A stretch of 64,000 nt of DNA from Octopus sinensis (GCF_006345805.1 NC_042998.1:95170001-95234000), one strand, 5' to 3'; counted from the stretch's first letter, positions 26,337 through 41,021 are shown. The notes: generated from the letters alone by a model not told the origin. Numbers and translations: made by a program.

Positions 26337-26369
26337 TCCTACGTTTCGGACAGAGTCCTTCTTCAAGGA
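26337..26369 (-). ncRNA. Minimal type I hammerhead ribozyme-like motif (Penelope-type variant)
   Basis: Minus strand: tcc-TTGAAGAA-GGAC-tct-GTCC-GAAA-CG-TA-gga. Stems I and II pair; lies ~250 bp 3' of a GIY-YIG remnant. Confidence 0.65.
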
Positions 26370-26613
26370 AAGTTTGACAAGGAAAACGTTAAAGAGAGAC
26401 AGTAGAGGTTTACATCCTCTATGTTTGAGAACCTGTTTTTAACCGATGAGGAACTCAAGACAATATGAACTTCATAAGTAGGAGGAGAGAGAAGCTTGAT
26501 AGCAGAAGTAGAAGAAAATAAAAATGAAGAAAAGAGAAACAGGCGAAGGTGAGGATGAGGTAAAATTAAAATTTGAGATATGAGAGTTGATGGATAAGCG
26601 AATAATTACTGAA

Positions 26614-26990
26614 TTAAGAGAAGGTATAGGAGTAGAAGGAAAAACATTCATTTAAATTCGTCGGTAATATGGTACCGAGTTCGAGTTTTAAACGTTGTTC
26701 CTTCCTTTTACTTGAGTATGTTAACCCATGGTGAGCTGAGATGCCGCACACTGATAAGTGAGTAATGGAATGGTTTATTGTGTTGAAATGGATTTGGCAA
26801 CACATTGGCCAGACACGTGTTGTAGTGTGCTTCGAATGTGATCGGGAAAGCAATCGGCAAGGCATCGACCTGTTTCCCCATCATAAAGTGCGCCGCTAGG
26901 TAGATAATACAACATATAAAGCGAGATGTACAATAGAAGTTCTGGGTAATGTGATACCGTAACTTCGACTCCATAAAGGTTGCAGTATTG
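26614..26990 (-). mobile_element. Penelope-like element GIY-YIG endonuclease remnant (frameshifted)
   Basis: Across frames: YHITQNFYCTS..ICCI..GALYDGETGRCLADCFPDHIRS (YIGETGR-L--R---H) and KRKEQRLKLELGTILPTNLNECFSF (E....LGTL-P-GLN). Confidence 0.8.
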
Positions 26991-27394
26991 TAGGGACAGA
27001 TATTGTTACTAAAGTGCCCCTCTAAGCTGACTGACTTCGTGCCATCTCCACTCATGTCTATTTGCCTCACTTATCTCCCCTGCTCTGTTACTTCTCTCAC
27101 GGTCTGCTCTTGCCACTATACACAATTCCTTTCCCGCAGAAACAAAACTCCCTTGGTATTCTCTTTTCTCCTCACAACTTTGTATTTTAAAACTTCTTTT
27201 ACATTAGCGGTCAGCTAGTTCTTATTCATGAGGAACATTGACCATATCGATCCTACCATTCTCAAAGGACCTTACGTAGGCCAGAGACCCAACCACTTTT
27301 TTCAGACTAACCCTATCAACAGAATACAAAAAATATATGTTGTAAATATTCTTTCCACGTAGCTGCAGCTGAAATGCGTGTCAGCAGGCCGTAG

Positions 27395-28090
27395 TTGTAA
27401 TTTCTGTTATCCATTAGTTTTGATATGACTTCAATTTCATGTTGAATATCTCTGCCAGTAAGATCAATGCATTTGAGTGGTCTTAGTCTTGTTTTAATGT
27501 GCAAAAGTCTCCAAACTATGACATCTGATACTGGTTTCAAATTTTGGTACAAGCCAGTCGTATCGGGTGTAGGGTAAGTCAATTACATCGACCTCAGTGC
27601 TCAACTGGTACTTATCTTATCGACCCCGAAAGGATTAAAGGCAAAGTTGACCTCACGGAATTTGAACTGAAAAAGTAGGAACGAACGATATGCCGTTAAG
27701 CATTTTGCCTGTCGTTTTAACGATCCTGCCAGCTCGCAGCCTTAAATATGAGATCTGACATTGTCTGGTGTTCAGCACGATAGCAATGACTAACAAATCC
27801 TACCCTGCGTTGAACAACAATATTACGAGTGGGTGGAATGTGTCCATAAACTTCCACTTTGGTGTTGTACTCATACCATGAGATATCTTGAGTCCTCTCT
27901 AAGAAGCTTGATGCACGTATCATCAAAACGTTCTTAAAGCGCTTTCTTCATAAACTCAGTATCGGCTATATATAACAGAAATGTTCTCCACGCATGCCCT
28001 GAAGAAAGCTATCTTTGTCCACTTTGAAATACTTGTTTGCCAGATGTTTGAAGCTTATTATAGTGTTGAATTTGATTTAGTCATTGCTTT
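27395..28090 (-). mobile_element. RTE-clade LINE 3' fragment interrupted by SINE A (27533-27743)
   Basis: KIAFFRACVENI and ISWYEYNTKVEVYGHIPPTRNIVVQRRVGFVSHCYR resemble the RTE RT C-terminus (ISW..TN..LY..LP....RRL.FAGH..R). Confidence 0.7.
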
Positions 28091-28097
28091 GGGTCAA

Positions 28098-28698
28098 TGT
28101 AAGTTATCATCAAACTGGTTGGGTCTATTTCATTTCGTGTACATCACTAATGTTTTTAGGAAGGGCATAAAAGTCACTGTTTCCCAATAATCTCTACCCA
28201 AATCAGGATAATTCACAATGCAAGAAACCACTATGACACGCTTAAGGCTCACAGCAGGAAATATAAAATTTAATGAAGGCTGCCATAAAAATTTAGTTTG
28301 TACTAATTCTACAGGTTACAAAAGAGGTTACAATACGTTCAATAATGCCGGCATGTTTTTTACTTGCAAATTACTTTTGATTGAATAACCACGGATTGCT
28401 GATCTGTGATACTGTAAAAATACACAGATTGTTGTGAATTCAAAGGTCAATTTACGTTTGAAACTTCAAACTACGTTCTCTTATTAATGAAACGTGTAAG
28501 ATTAGAAGTACTTATTAATTTGCAAGAAAATTTCACTGCAAAAATTTCCTCACACAGTCCCATTATTCAAAAGAATGTAAGGTTCTATTTTCATTGTAAA
28601 GTGTTAAATGTTAAATAAATCAAGTCTTAAATTCATATGGACAACGAAAACAGAATAAATGAGTAATACATAAATACATACATACATACATACATACA

Positions 28699-28730
<32 letters not shown>

Positions 28731-29979
28731 CATATGCACACACAAACGCACACACATATGTATCCTTATTGTCGGGAACTTTCTCTCCCGAACAGTTGAC
28801 ATTTAAACCGTATTCACAGTTAACCTGATTGTTTAGGACGGGGGTAAAAGACGTTATTGATATTACATGGGTCGCAGTATTTTAAACAGAGAGAGGAAAG
28901 CTGGTATTAATGAAATATTATCCTACTTCTCTGGTTTAATTGCATTTAGTGTGGGTTTAAGCAGATTGATTACTAGTGAAATAAATAAAAGAAACAACAA
29001 CTGAATATAGGAATATCTTTTAAGTTATTTGCATGAGGGAACAGATGACGGCTTTATGTTTGTTTCATACTGATATTAAGCAAAAGAAAATGGATGACAT
29101 GGAGAACGATAAATGGATGAGTGAAGTTGGAGGTTTTTTGTGTTTGTATTTGTTTTTGAGAGAGATCAAACTAAAACATTATAGATACGAACACAGCTTG
29201 ACTAGTGATGATGATGATGGTGGTGGTGGTGGTGGTGGTGATGGTGGTGGTGGTGGTTATGGTGGTGGCGGCGGCTACGACAATGACGACGACGACGATG
29301 AGGATGGTTGCAATGACAGTTATGCATTTAGTTTCCTCCGTTGCATGCATTTCTCTGTGTCTCTAGAATACACTTTAATCTACGTGTCTCAGTTTACTTG
29401 ATTAAAGATCTTCCAAGAATGGTAGCCAACCATCCGGCATTCTATTCGCAGGTAAACTAGTTTCTCGTAACAACATAACGCAGAGAGAAACCTGAATTAA
29501 TAACAGGATCCACAGAAACTTATAGCTCACAAACTCTTTTAAAGCGTTCTGTTGTTCGCCCGTATACATTCCTTTTCTTTTAATTGGAGAAAATGCAACA
29601 GATTAGTGCAAACAGAAATAATAGAAATATGTTCGATGATTTGAATTCATAACAATGTGTGTATTTTCATAGATCAGCAATCCGTGGTTATTCAATCAAA
29701 AGGAATTTGCAAGTAAAACACATGCCGGCATTATTGAACGTATTGTAGCCTCTGTTGTAACCTGTAGAATTAGTACAAACTGAATTTTTATGGCAGCCTT
29801 CAGTAAATTTTATATTTCCTGCTGTGAGCCTTAAGCATGTCATAGTGGTTTCTTGCATCGTCAATAATCCTGATTTGGGTAGAGATTATTGGGAAACAGT
29901 GACTTTTATGCCCTTCCTAAAAAAATTAACGACGTACGCGAAATGAAATAGACCCAACCAGTTTGATGACAACTTACAT
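28098..29979. mobile_element. Large foldback: ~345-bp inverted arms (28098-28445 / 29641-29979) around a ~1.2-kb spacer
   Basis: e.g. ttaggaagggcataaaagtcactgtttcccaataatctctacccaaatcagga versus tcctgatttgggtagagattattgggaaacagtgacttttatgcccttcctaa. Confidence 0.85.
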
Positions 29980-31203
29980 CCCACATTACAGTGATAAAAA
30001 AAAAGGAGAGAAATCTTTCGTTGCTTTCATTTCAGTCGTTCAGTACATCTGAGTACTTTTATGATGATAAGCCATTGTGGTTTGATGAGAACTTATTCCC
30101 ACATCGCAATAATAAAACTAGTAAAACTTTCGTTGGTTTCAATTCGGTAGTTCGGGACTTCTGAATACTTTTATGATGATGATCATCCAGCTGGAACGAC
30201 AGAGTTTGCAAATATGTCCAAAAATCTTTTTAAATTTTGTATGGAAATTGAAACCTAAATGTGCCAAGACAATTATAGCGTGACATATGAGGAGGCATGT
30301 ACAATCGAGTTGTTAAGAAGACTGCTTTGTAATTTCTAAAGCCCACGTTCGATTTCATGTCTGGGAGTTCAAGCAAAATGTCTTTTATCATAAACTATGA
30401 TTTCTCCGAACCGTATAGACGGAAACTATATTAAAGCCTGTTTGATGGATTGTACCTGCAACTCAGGGATTCATATATTGTCATATACTGTGTCACGCGG
30501 ATTCGGCCTGAAGAGTACATCCGTCTGCGGAACACTCAACCACTTCCACATTACTTTAACCAGTAGGTTGTTCGTTTTTCGAACAACTGGATGCTCGTCG
30601 TCAACGCCAATATTATGGAGCACACATACATATGCATGCACAAGCACACACACACAGACACATGCAGACACACTAACAAAAGTGGAAAACTTGTGCAAAA
30701 ACCTAAATGCATGTCCTCTGGATAAATCTTTTAACACAAAGGCCATAAGTCATGAAGCAGAGGTCACCTCTTTGGCGCGTCTCGTTAGATAGGCATGAAA
30801 GAGGGTAAGTTTAGACAAAGATATAAACAACACAACAAAACTGACCAGCTGTATATGGAAACTAAAATTACTATGTCAATTAGAAAACCATAGAAAAACT
30901 CGAACCTTGCATAATTAGAAACAAAAGAGTGGTCTATGTACAGCAAAAAAAAAAAAGGAGAAATCTTTAACATTTTTCGTATTCAACACATTTATTTAAA
31001 CATTTGATCAGAAGTGTTTGGGACACTTTTTGAAATTTTATCTCTTACGTACCTATTACCTTCACTCGACACAGAAGAACAGATATCCACTTTAAACTTT
31101 CTTCATTCTGATCTCTTCTATTCCACCTTTCCTTCTTAGCCGATTCCTCTGCCTCATTTTCCAATATTATCACATCTTCTCCTTTCTACTATTGATAACA
31201 TAT

Positions 31204-32031
31204 TCAATATTTGGTGTGACCGCCTTTGCTTTCAATGACTGCATTAAGTCTTCTGGACATAGAGTCAACTAAATTTCCGCTTACAACCGATGAAATCGAC
31301 CTCCATTCATCCTGAATGATGTCTTTCAACTGTGTTATATTGTGGGGTTTTTTTCTACTCAACCTTCCTTTTCAAAACACCCCACAGATGTTCTATTAGG
31401 TTTAAACTAGGTGACATGGTATCTGATAAAAACTTAGTTGTCATTTTTGAAGTGCGTTTAGGGTCATTATCATTTTGGAACATGGAATGTCTTCCTAGTT
31501 CCTTGATGCTTTTCAACATTGTTTTCTGCAATATGTCACAACAAAGCCTTGAATCCATTGTTCTCTCAATAAATATGAGTCCTCCCATACCAGCTGCATT
31601 CATACATTCCCAGAGCATAACACTTCCACCGCCCTGTTTCGCGGTAGGCACGGTACATTTGTCGCTATTATCTTTACCTGGTCGTCGCCATACTCGTTTA
31701 ATACCATCTGACTCAAACAAATTGATTTTAGTCTCGTCAGAAAAAAGAATTTTATTCCAAAACTCCTTCCGCTTACTCACATAGGTTTCGGCAAAAGAAA
31801 GACGACTTGATTTACGCCTTGTAGTGAGGAGAGGATTCCTACGAAGCATGCGTTCATGAAGACCACATTGCTTAGCCGTCCAGTAGCCTTGTACTTCTGA
31901 ATTACTTTGGCAACTGTGTTTACGCAAATATGTATTCGTTTACTAATTAACTTTTATCCTAAACCATTCTTGTGTAAATTAAAAATAATTTTCTCCAAAT
32001 CTTCAGACAATTCTTTTCCCTTTGGTGCCAT
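31204..32031 (-). pseudogene. Tc1-family (DD34E) transposase, decayed with internal deletions
   Basis: N-term MAPKGKELSEDLEKIIFNLHKNGLG*KLISK (HTH); FWNKILFSDETKINLF, GGGSVMLW, FQNDNDPK, SPSLNLIEHLWGVLK; C-term LVDSMSRRLNAVIESKGGHTKY*. Confidence 0.93.
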
Positions 32032-32448
32032 TTTAATCACAATGAAGAAAATTTTCACCATGGCACACAAATCAAAATTCCTAGGGATGCAGTAACAATG
32101 ACTGGTGCAAAAATGCCAGGAGAGATAATTTATTAGAATTGAAATTATCAGCGATGTCTGAACTTAGTTTAAAAAGTAGATAAAATACTGAATATAGCAA
32201 ATTTTCTTTAGGGCGCACATATTTTTGTAACATTTCAAAATTAATATTTCGTTCATATCTTTGAAAATGTTTATGGTTTTGTGTTTCAAATTTGTATAAT
32301 GTTTGCATGTATAATATATTTTATTCAGTATAAATTTCGTTTGATTTCCTTAGATATTATCAGAGTAATGGCAATCTTACTGAAATTACTGTGTACACAC
32401 ACACTCACACACGCACATACACACAGATACACACACACATATACATAA

Positions 32449-32530
<82 letters not shown>

Positions 32531-32820
32531 TATTTCTTTGCATTACAGATATGACTAAAGAACTTTGGTGTTTCTTATTTATCGCATTTCGCTGTAATGC
32601 TACATTTGCTTTCCCGGGACTATGTACAGGTAGGTAAACAATTTCTTTCTATTCATTGAAAATAATTATATTCAAATGTTGTTCTCATGAACGCGCGCGC
32701 ACACACAACACACACACACACACATGTATTTCTGATTACTTTTTCGTTTTCCGTTTCTTAACCTTCCACATTTACTATACGCTTCCTTCTCGACTTTTCA
32801 TTATATATGTATAATGTACA

Positions 32821-32908
<88 letters not shown>

Positions 32909-32949
32909 TGCACGAAACAGTACATTATATCATCACGGAACAGTACAAT

Positions 32950-34580
32950 TTATATAATGCTGCTCTAGCTAGGGCTGGGTACCGTGAAAAAATTCAATAT
33001 ATACAGGAAGCAGGAATACACAACACTGGTAATTCCTCCGTGATACACATTGTATACCACCACTGCGTCACGGTTTGAGAACTCACTCAGATAAAGAATA
33101 CAGATCATATCAACGAAGTACCAACGAAAATTCAAAGACACACGCGACATGATAATCCAACTGCTTGTTCCAATTCTGCACAACACGCTCGATCAAATAA
33201 GCCTAACAACAGATATAGGAATCAGGATGTCCTCTGGTTCAACCTGATTTTCGGTTCGCATGTTTCAATCAAGATCGCTGGAAAATTTTTTGATGCATTG
33301 GACAAGTGTGTTTCTAAATCTAATCGGCATCATGCTATTTTTAATCGGCGCACCGGGAAGATATCTACGCCAACTCTGTTAATCAAAAATGCAGCAAAGG
33401 TTCAATAATTCATCTACTACTGGATCTAACGAACATTTGCATCTAAATACCAACCAAGGAGATGTAAACCGCAATGATAAACAGCAATTACGACCAATTT
33501 GCAGTAGTAGAAATACCTATGATACAGTTAACACGGTAACAACATCGGTAAATAGAGTCAGGACTGCCTTATATACAAACAACGTCAATAAATGCTCATG
33601 CAGAGAAAAATCAAAATGTCCTTTGATGAATCTCTGTGTGAGTACAAATCTTGTATATAAATGTACCGTGCACACAAGGGGAGGGCCGTATGATTACATT
33701 GGACAGACGGCTGAGACATTTAAGAATCGTTATCGCAACCATGTTGCCAGCTTTAAGACAATCAATAAGAGATATTCAACATCTTTGGCAGATTTTGTAT
33801 GGCGACTGAAGGAGGATAAAATGAGGTACAGCATAACTTGGTCCATAACAAGGTACGCGAAACCATACAATATGATTTCCAGGAGATGCCATCTCTGCTT
33901 CGAGGAATCCCTGTCAATTCTGTGGACTAACGAAAAGATCATTAATAAAATTTCTGAACGACTCTCGAGATACCTACACGCATATAAATGTACTTTCGCA
34001 CAATGCAGTGGGAATGAATTTTGAGTAACCGTTAACATAATTTAATTTACTTTAAGGTATGGATGAATTAAGCTTACTTTTAAACACTCCATTCTTAGAA
34101 GCACCAAGTAGATAGTTAACTCGCTTTGTGATCATGAGTGCACCAAGCCTCACGTGTGCGTATGCTAACATTTTTGCGGACACTTTTATGAGCAAATGTA
34201 CTTGCGCCATGCAGTATGCCCGAGGGCGTTTACACATCTATATTTGTAAACGGTTACTTTTAATACTCTTCTCGTTGGATTGCGTGTTCGTTTCTCTTTT
34301 TGCTATTTGGAATTTTGTTTTTGATCTTCTATATAAATGAAGATATTTCCTCTGTATGGATGCTTTTCTTTTTACAAAACGCGAAGTTACATTGCGGAAC
34401 TGTTATTTTAACGAGTTGAATTTATCTATAACCCAACTAGATACATCTGCATTACCGGATGCTCTTGAACCAGTTTCTGAGTGTCCTACCCATGAGGGAT
34501 TGATGCTAGATGTGTCGAAAGAATTGTCGTGATTAGTAATAAATTCTCGTATATACCATCTTCTGTCTTTCATTTGCCAT
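32950..34580 (+). mobile_element. Penelope-like element (Naiad/Neptune-type), 5' truncated, with GIY-YIG ORF and 3' repeat
   Basis: LARAGYREKIQY, LWFN..F...IAGKFF..LDK, IFNRRT, then ORF 33389-34024 with CSCREKSKCPL..C..NLVYKC..YIGQT..FKNRYRNH..STSLADFVW..CHLCFEE. Both flanks are (TA)n. Confidence 0.9.
33389..34024 (+). pseudogene. GIY-YIG endonuclease domain of the Penelope-like element
   Basis: VY..YIG..R..H..E..N motif set is intact in one frame; the upstream RT is missing. Confidence 0.88.
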
Positions 34581-34616
34581 ATATATATATATATATGTAT
34601 GTATGTATATATGGAA

Positions 34617-34712
<96 letters not shown>

Positions 34713-35139
34713 GTGTGCAATCACATGGAAATTAAACATGGTAAAGAATATTGTTGTATTTAGGAATGGTCATTTTGCCAGTTTAGCCAATAAAAACACA
34801 CGCACTATATATTTGGTGTTACTTTGCTTCGGCGTTATTTATTTTTTACATTAAATCTTAATCTTATTTCGGCCAGAGTTCTTTCGTAACACTATCGCAT
34901 CAGCGGTCCTTTGCTTTCTTCTTTTCTTATTTGTGTGTCTCTCCTTACTAACGGTCAGCCATTTTGTATTTTGTATTTCTATTGTATGTGTCTTCATTGG
35001 TGCATGCGTATACCTCTATGTGTGTCTATGTTTAGTTAGTGTGTATGGGGGGGGGGAGTGTCTGTAATATTTGTATCTCCTGTTTATATACGTTTGTGTA
35101 ATCTGTTTTTTATTTTTATTTTGTTCATGTGTTTACACC

Positions 35140-35144
35140 TACTA

Positions 35145-35198
<54 letters not shown>

Positions 35199-35217
35199 AT
35201 TATTACTATTATTATTA

Positions 35218-35248
<31 letters not shown>

Positions 35249-35327
35249 GTATGTATGTATAATAATAATATTTTTATTTTGTTCATGTGTTTACACCTAC
35301 TTATTATTATTGTTATTATTGTTATTA

Positions 35328-35391
<64 letters not shown>

Positions 35392-35392
35392 G
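35140..35392. repeat. (TTA)n arrays with a duplicated ~35-bp flank (ttttattttgttcatgtgtttacacctac)
   Basis: Direct reading; the flank occurs at ~35114 and ~35272. Confidence 0.9.
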
Positions 35393-36524
35393 TAGCATAT
35401 ATATAAACAAATATATGAACGTAATGGTAAAGAATGTAATCTATTAATAAGTCTGAATCTTCTATCTAAGCTGTCTTTAGTTTTTGCCAAATCGTAACTC
35501 TATTTGTATTGTGTAATACTTAATGCTTGCATCTGCTAACATTAGAAAAGTTATAATCCATAAAAATAGAAAATATGTATTCTGTAGTAGTATCAGGAAG
35601 CATAAGTGTACATAGTTACTTGTGTATATATATAGGTGTGGTATCTGATTGGATGTGCAACGTTTTGAAAGCAAAAGACGTATACGAAGAATAGAGAAAG
35701 TAAATGCATTCACAGGAAATATAGTCATTCATGAGATATAATATGGTCATAATGCAGACAATGTTCACAACGCTCATATTTTTCAGAATGCTAATATAAA
35801 TGATTAGGATCTAGTTGCAGACATGTGGTAATGCAACCTCTGGTCATCAGTTACATGTATAAGCAACATACTCTGGAAAATTCACACATGAATGCAGTAA
35901 ACGAAAAATAAATTTTAATCAACTGAAAATATATTCTTAATGAGAATGCCATCAACGTTAATGACAATTCTTGAGAGGATGATAACGGAGAGAACTCCAA
36001 AATTCAGATTGATTAAAAATTAAGTAGAGGCATACCGTGAGGAGTAATTATTCTTTCGTAGTCAAAGTAACGACACTGGGCGCATTAATGTCTTTTAAAA
36101 CTATATTTAGATTATTCCTTTAAAGACTATATATTTCTCCAAATACTCTTTATTTTAGACCCTCATATAAAGTAAGAATGTTGAATACACACACACACAC
36201 ACACAAATGAAAAATGTATAAACGATCGACATAACGTATACTGAATGTAAAAACAACCGGGAGGCAAACAGAAAGTTCGTAATTCTTCATCAATTATCGA
36301 TCAAGGGTACGTTTCAGTTTCGCCCCTGTAACGATAAGACTGAGTGCTTCCCAATTGCGTAGAATTAGGGACAAGAGCAAACAAAACGAAACAAAACAAG
36401 CAAAATGACACAGAGTGTGAATTAGGACTTAGGGCCTTAGGGCCAAGAAGATGAGAATAGTGGGTAACGCTTAGAAAATGTTTTGAACGATGGACCAGTC
36501 TAGGAAAGGAGAAAAAGTTATATA

Positions 36525-37355
<831 letters not shown>

Positions 37356-37879
37356 TTGTTATGCAATGACTCTGCAAATAATATTTCCATAATTCTCAAT
37401 TTTAATATGTATTTTGATTAACATACAGCAGCAACTGAGGCTACATATTGGATTGTAATAATGGAATAAGCAGATGTGCTTCAAGGGGAAATAGTAGGGG
37501 GTTACCCTAAATACCTATATATATGTATATATTATACACACGCACATATACACACTTAAAATATTCTTCTAAAATATCTATGAATTACTTAATTTCATTC
37601 ATTTTTTTTTTGTAACCCTAAGTATTTGTAAATATTTTCTTTATAAAGTTCCTATTGTAAAAGACTGCACGATTCATAATTCCTCATTTTCCAGTAATTA
37701 AACTGTGAAAAGTTTATAATTATTCAGCTAATACAGTACAACGCTGTATAGATAACATTAAGAGGATAAACTATAAACATTATTCAACCATTTCTGTATT
37801 TGATGTATATATAAGCCGTGAGAATGAAATGACTTGCCCCTTGAAGCAATCTATTTGCTTTGGCCAGTTTAGGTTGTTA

Positions 37880-38193
37880 TTTATTTATTTATGCGCCCTT
37901 TTCAAGCCTAGCCAGGCTCATGGGCCCGGTTTCCCGGTTTCTATGGCGTATGTGTTCCCTGCAGCTGGACGGGACGCCAATCCATTGCAGTGTTACTCAA
38001 GAAACAGGAAAGAGTGAGAGAAAGTTGGGGCGAAAGAGCACAACAGGGGTCGCCACCCACCCCCTGCCGGAGCCTCGTGAAGCCTTTTAGATGTTTTCGC
38101 TCAATAAACACACAACGCCCGGTCTGGGAATCGAAACCGCGATCCTCCGACCGCGAGTTCGCTGCCCTAACCACTGGGCCATTACGCCTCCAC
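37880..38193 (-). mobile_element. SINE C
   Basis: Reverse-complement homologue of 6601-6910, with tRNA-like head tggcccagtggttagggc..ggtttcgattccc. Confidence 0.87.
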
Positions 38194-40260
38194 TTTAGGT
38201 TGTTATTCCCGACGTTAAATATATTTGTTCTAGAATTACATACCTGTTGATGGTTGCATGCAGAACCTTAATTACTCACTTGGCACTTGGCATCTAATTC
38301 CTAACTACAGAGACTAGCAAATAATATGTTCTGTATTTTTCACAAACAATGTTACTCGTGTTACACGCATTTGGCTCAAATTTGCTACCTTAGGTAGGCT
38401 TTTTTTACTCTAATTTGCTGAATCGCAAACCTATGGTTCATGACATTTGTGTGCTATTACTACGGAATAAAAACAATTTCGTGGGATGATACCCTAGTGG
38501 AAAATTGAAACATACTAGAATTGGCATCGAAACGAATAGATAGATAATTTTCGACGACCCGAAGTCCTTGTCCTTTATTTTATAAAGTGGTTTACTAGTT
38601 CGTAAACTAGTAAAATGTTTTCTACAATAGCTTCAGATCAACCAATGTTGTGTGAATGAAATTTGATGGACTGAAATTGGTCAGAAACGGGCCGCGTGCA
38701 TGTATGTGTATACATAGATATATGAATATTATTGTTAGTCAACTAAGGGTGGCGAGCTGGCAGAATTGTTAGCCCGATTTCGGACCTTGTGCCTGTAGCA
38801 GAAAGGATTATTATTATTAGTCAATTAATTAACTAATTGCTCGACTAATCATTTGATTAATCAGTCAGTTAGTTGATTTGTCAGAATCTTTTCCTCACCC
38901 TTCAAGATCTCATCACTGATGTTCCTTCTTTGCTCCGGGTCTCTTGCGATGTAGAGTTAGGTGTGTTGTTAATTTTGTGTGACATGTACACTTGATGAAG
39001 TGTTTCCAGTAAATCTACACTGTCGGGGTCGTTGTCATAAAATCAGTCTTGATTTTTTTCGCTCAAAGACGCCCTTTGAAGATCAGTAGGTTGCATCACG
39101 CAGTAGAGACAAAGTGATTGATGTCCACAATTTTGACTGATGGCAAGACATCTATTTCCACTTGTTTACTATTCAGTTACGCTTGTACACCTCACACCAT
39201 GTTGCCATGTTGGAGTTAGACTTCTTGAGTCTTTCTTGCGTGACTTGATTAAAGTTTTGCTTAAGAGAAAGAGGTGGCAAGAAATATAGGTTAGGCAAAA
39301 TCTGTGTATTAGCTGACCTAATATACATAGTTTAAAACTTCGGTAACTCGCAACCAGAAATGATGTATTGTACACCAGAAACAGAAAATATTTTTCAGGA
39401 GTAAAAAATACTTATCTTCTGACTTATAAACACTATTATCAAGCATACTCAACCCCTTTCGACATCGTCTCACTCGTGTCTCGGTTGATATCAAAATATC
39501 ATTTGTGAAGAAAGCACTCGGACCTCTGTCTAATTTTTTTTTCACTTTTACATTTCTAGTCTACTTCGAAACTGAGATGGAACGATGGAAAATTACATTT
39601 TTTAAAAAATTCTTCCTAAGTATGAAACAGCTTAGTCTATTCTTTTGAACAACGCTGCTGACAATTGAAAACAAATATGGATTATCATTTCCTCGAGGAA
39701 AAGAGAATAATTGGCCAGTTTTCCCCACAGACAACAAAGTATTGTAAATGGTTGACGAATTTCACTTTTAAATGATGGATCACATCGAATTGGTTACTTT
39801 TTCCTTCACACTTTTACTATTTCCTTGAAGTCCAAAGACTTCCTTTCTTCCAAGAAACCCCAGGCAAAACATCGACACCTAGATACAGCATCTTCCTTGT
39901 TGAGCGGGCTGTGGTGTCCTAAAACTAAGCTTAGGTGGTTCTTTTAAGTTAGACATGGCTTCGGCCAATAATGACCAAAATCTAAGTTATAGCCAGTCTT
40001 GAACACTTCTATAAGTTAGTCTTTGAAAGGATCGACGTATTGCCTACCATACGTACAAGTGTTTTGAACGCTTAGCTTTATGACATTTGCAAATTAGAAA
40101 CTAATCTGTCATGACATCTGTATCATATAGAGTAAGCGAGAAAGTCATCTGGAAAAGAAAAAGTCACTGGTTTTCCGTGTTTAGAATAAAATGAAATTTT
40201 GAAACCAACGAAAATTGTGTTGTTGAAACATTTTTCCAGAGCTTTCTAGTGTTTTCAATA

Positions 40261-40327
<67 letters not shown>

Positions 40328-40574
40328 TGCGGACAAAATTTTAAAAATAGTTTCACTGATGTAACATTTTTTATTTATTTATTTATTCACTTGGCTACAT
40401 TGTAGAGTTCGCGTGAGAAGTTCCAATTACACACACAACTGTGTCCCTTCATTATTAATAGTAACTGTTAGGAATGAGTATTATTAGGCAGGCGCTATTA
40501 GGCAGGAGCCATTAGGCAGGATAAAAAATAGCAACACACATCCTTCCTCTCCCTCCCTCTCTCTCTCCCTTTCC

Positions 40575-40614
<40 letters not shown>

Positions 40615-40819
40615 GTATGCGGGGATGGTAGTGATTAAGGGAGGAATGCACCAAAGTAGTGATTAAGGGGGGAATGTTCTCGTCTTCTGTCCCAAATTCT
40701 TATATCAACTTGCATAAACCTTGATGCATTTCAATATAGTGATTGCCCTGTTCATATCCTTTTCATGGACACACCATCATTTCTCTAGTGTTTAACAAAT
40801 TAAATATTTCTTTATACCC

Positions 40820-41021
40820 AAGGCAGAGTCATTACCGCGTCGGAAAAATGCTATACGGAATTTTTTCCGACTTTACGTTCTTAGTTCAAATGCTACCGAG
40901 CTCAACTTTGCCTTTCATCCTTTCTGGATCGATAAAATAATTACCAGTTGACCAGTGGGACAATATAATCGACTTACACCCCACTCCCGAAATTGCTGGC
41001 CTTGTGCCAAAGCGTGAAACC
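40820..41021 (+). mobile_element. SINE A with 15-bp TSD (aatatttctttatac)
   Basis: TSD at ~40803-40817 and ~41022-41036. Confidence 0.82.

Noticed and set aside
29033-29401. Gly/Asp-rich ORF in the foldback spacer
   Set aside because: Explained by (GAT)n/(GGT)n/(GAC)n repeats; no domain or convincing splice sites.
31332-31784. 150-aa plus-strand ORF
   Set aside because: Antisense shadow of the Tc1 transposase.
31000-32400. Tc1 terminal inverted repeats
   Set aside because: No matching pair could be identified by eye.
33389-34024. Selenocysteine recoding as reported for some Naiad elements
   Set aside because: The Cys positions of the GIY-YIG region are TGT/TGC, and the ORF has no internal TGA.
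38880-40200. Possible decayed transposase or exon in a repeat-poor stretch
   Set aside because: No recognisable motif in any frame; needs BLASTX.
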